Shown: positions 62,704-64,000 of the stretch, piece after piece
Layout: the number at the start of each line of letters is the position of its first letter
How positions within the stretch are numbered: position 1 is the stretch's first letter
NCBI GenBank assembly: GCA_964016885.1
Contig: OZ024740.1
Span: 398,970,001-399,034,000 of the forward strand
Origin: Eledone cirrhosa
Lineage: Eukaryota
DNA length: 64,000 nt
Direction: 5' to 3'
Made by a program: the position numbers and the translations under genes
Notes under the pieces: generated by a model
What the model saw: the letters and a program-made list of their open reading frames with translations, nothing else
The model's database searches: none
What the model was told of the DNA's origin: nothing

Positions 62704-64000
62704 AGATGCAGTAATGGTGGTCTTGTACAAGGGAAAGGGTAACAGGAACGATTGTGGGAACTACAGAGGTATATCATTGCTTTCTGTCGTAGGGAAAGTT
62801 TTATGTAGGGTGCTTCTGGACCGTCTGCTGACGCACATTGCAGATTGTGTTCTTCCTGAAAGTCAATCTGGTTATCGTGCTGGACGCGGCACTACTGATA
62901 TGATCTCAGCTAGACAGCTCCAGGAGAAGTGCATGGAACAAGGCTTGGATCTGTATCAGGTTTTTGTCGATCTGACAAAAGCTTTCGATACTGTTAACAG
63001 AGATGCATTATGGAAGGTTCTCCAGAAACTTGGTTGCCCTGATAAGTTCCTTGCTTTAGTTAGGTCTTTCCATGACGACATGAAGGCTTGGGTTAATGTC
63101 GGGGGATACATGTCGGAGCCTATCTCAGTAAAAAATGGAGTGAAACAGGGGGATATTCCAGCACCGACCCTGTTTGCCATATACTTTGCAATGGTTTTCT
63201 GTATTGCATTCAGGAATTGCGAGCATGGTGTTTACATCCGATATCGAACCTCAGGCAGCATATTTAACATCAGGCGCTTTGCTGCGAAGACAAAAGTATT
63301 TACATCAATCATAAGAGACCTCTTGTATGCAGATGATTGCGATCTTGTAGCGCACACAGAGAGTGATATGCAGCACATTTTGAATGCATTTTCTGACGCT
63401 TGCACTGCCCTAGGTCTGACTGTCAGTCTCAAGAAAACCGTCGTCATGTACCAACCTGCCCTTGGTAAGCAGTACACTGAACCAAACATCTATGTGTATG
63501 GCAAACGACTTGGAGTGGTTGATCAGTTTGTCTACCTGGGAAGCACTGTCAATCGATACAGCAACCTTGACAGTGAAATCTCACTTAGGATTAGGAAAGC
63601 AAGTGATGCTTTCGGAAACTAGAAAGGCAACTCTGGGGTCGGCGAGACATATGCAGGAGGACAAAGGTAAAGGTGTACAGGGCATGTGTGCTCTCTTGTC
63701 TTCTTTATGCCTGCGAGACCTGGGTCACATATCGACACCACCTTAAGCAATTGGAGCGTTTCCATCAGATGTGTCTCAGACGGATCCATGGCGTTCACTG
63801 GAGCGACCACATCAGTGATGTCGAGATTTTGGAAAGCTCTATGTGTGACAGTATAGAAGCTCTTGTGCTTAAGCAACGACTCCGTTGCAGTGCTCACCTT
63901 GCCAGGATGAAGGATTCTAGAATACCAAAACAACTCTTTTATGGAGAGTTGGTTAAAGGAAAACGACCGCCACATAAACCAAAAAAGAGGTATAAGGATT
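62704..64000 (+). mobile_element. 5'-truncated RTE/BovB-like LINE, close relative of 36766-39930; runs off the window
   Basis: [12 protein letters not shown]...[10 protein letters not shown]...LYADD; starts at (TATG)n; frameshift near 63615. Confidence 0.92.

Overview
AT-rich, microsatellite-saturated eukaryotic DNA. It is very probably an octopus or other coleoid cephalopod, inferred from the SINE family, the LINE types and the giant (TA)n tracts. Nearly all long ORFs are decayed retroelements: Vingi/Ingi-like, two CR1-group, RTE-type, R4/Dong, Tx1, and two Penelope-like elements with GIY-YIG endonucleases. There are also Helitrons, MITEs, a 9-kb 21/26-bp satellite and a 9.7-kb (TA)n array. 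The only convincing host coding sequence is exon 1 of a universal stress protein (USP) gene at 42568-42634. The most notable hidden layer is a dense population of minimal type-I hammerhead ribozyme motifs: about 17 copies, intact or degenerate, from at least 8 sequence families. They sit in short non-coding elements embedded in (TA)n tracts, often as long palindromes. The best example is a ~590-bp tandem array plus an inverted copy (55191-57566). Its hammerhead carries a compensatory U3-A8 core pair, and the array ends at the predicted self-cleavage site. This looks like a retrozyme-like/Penelope pseudo-LTR system, possibly with a circular RNA intermediate. All RNA folds were read by eye, not computed.
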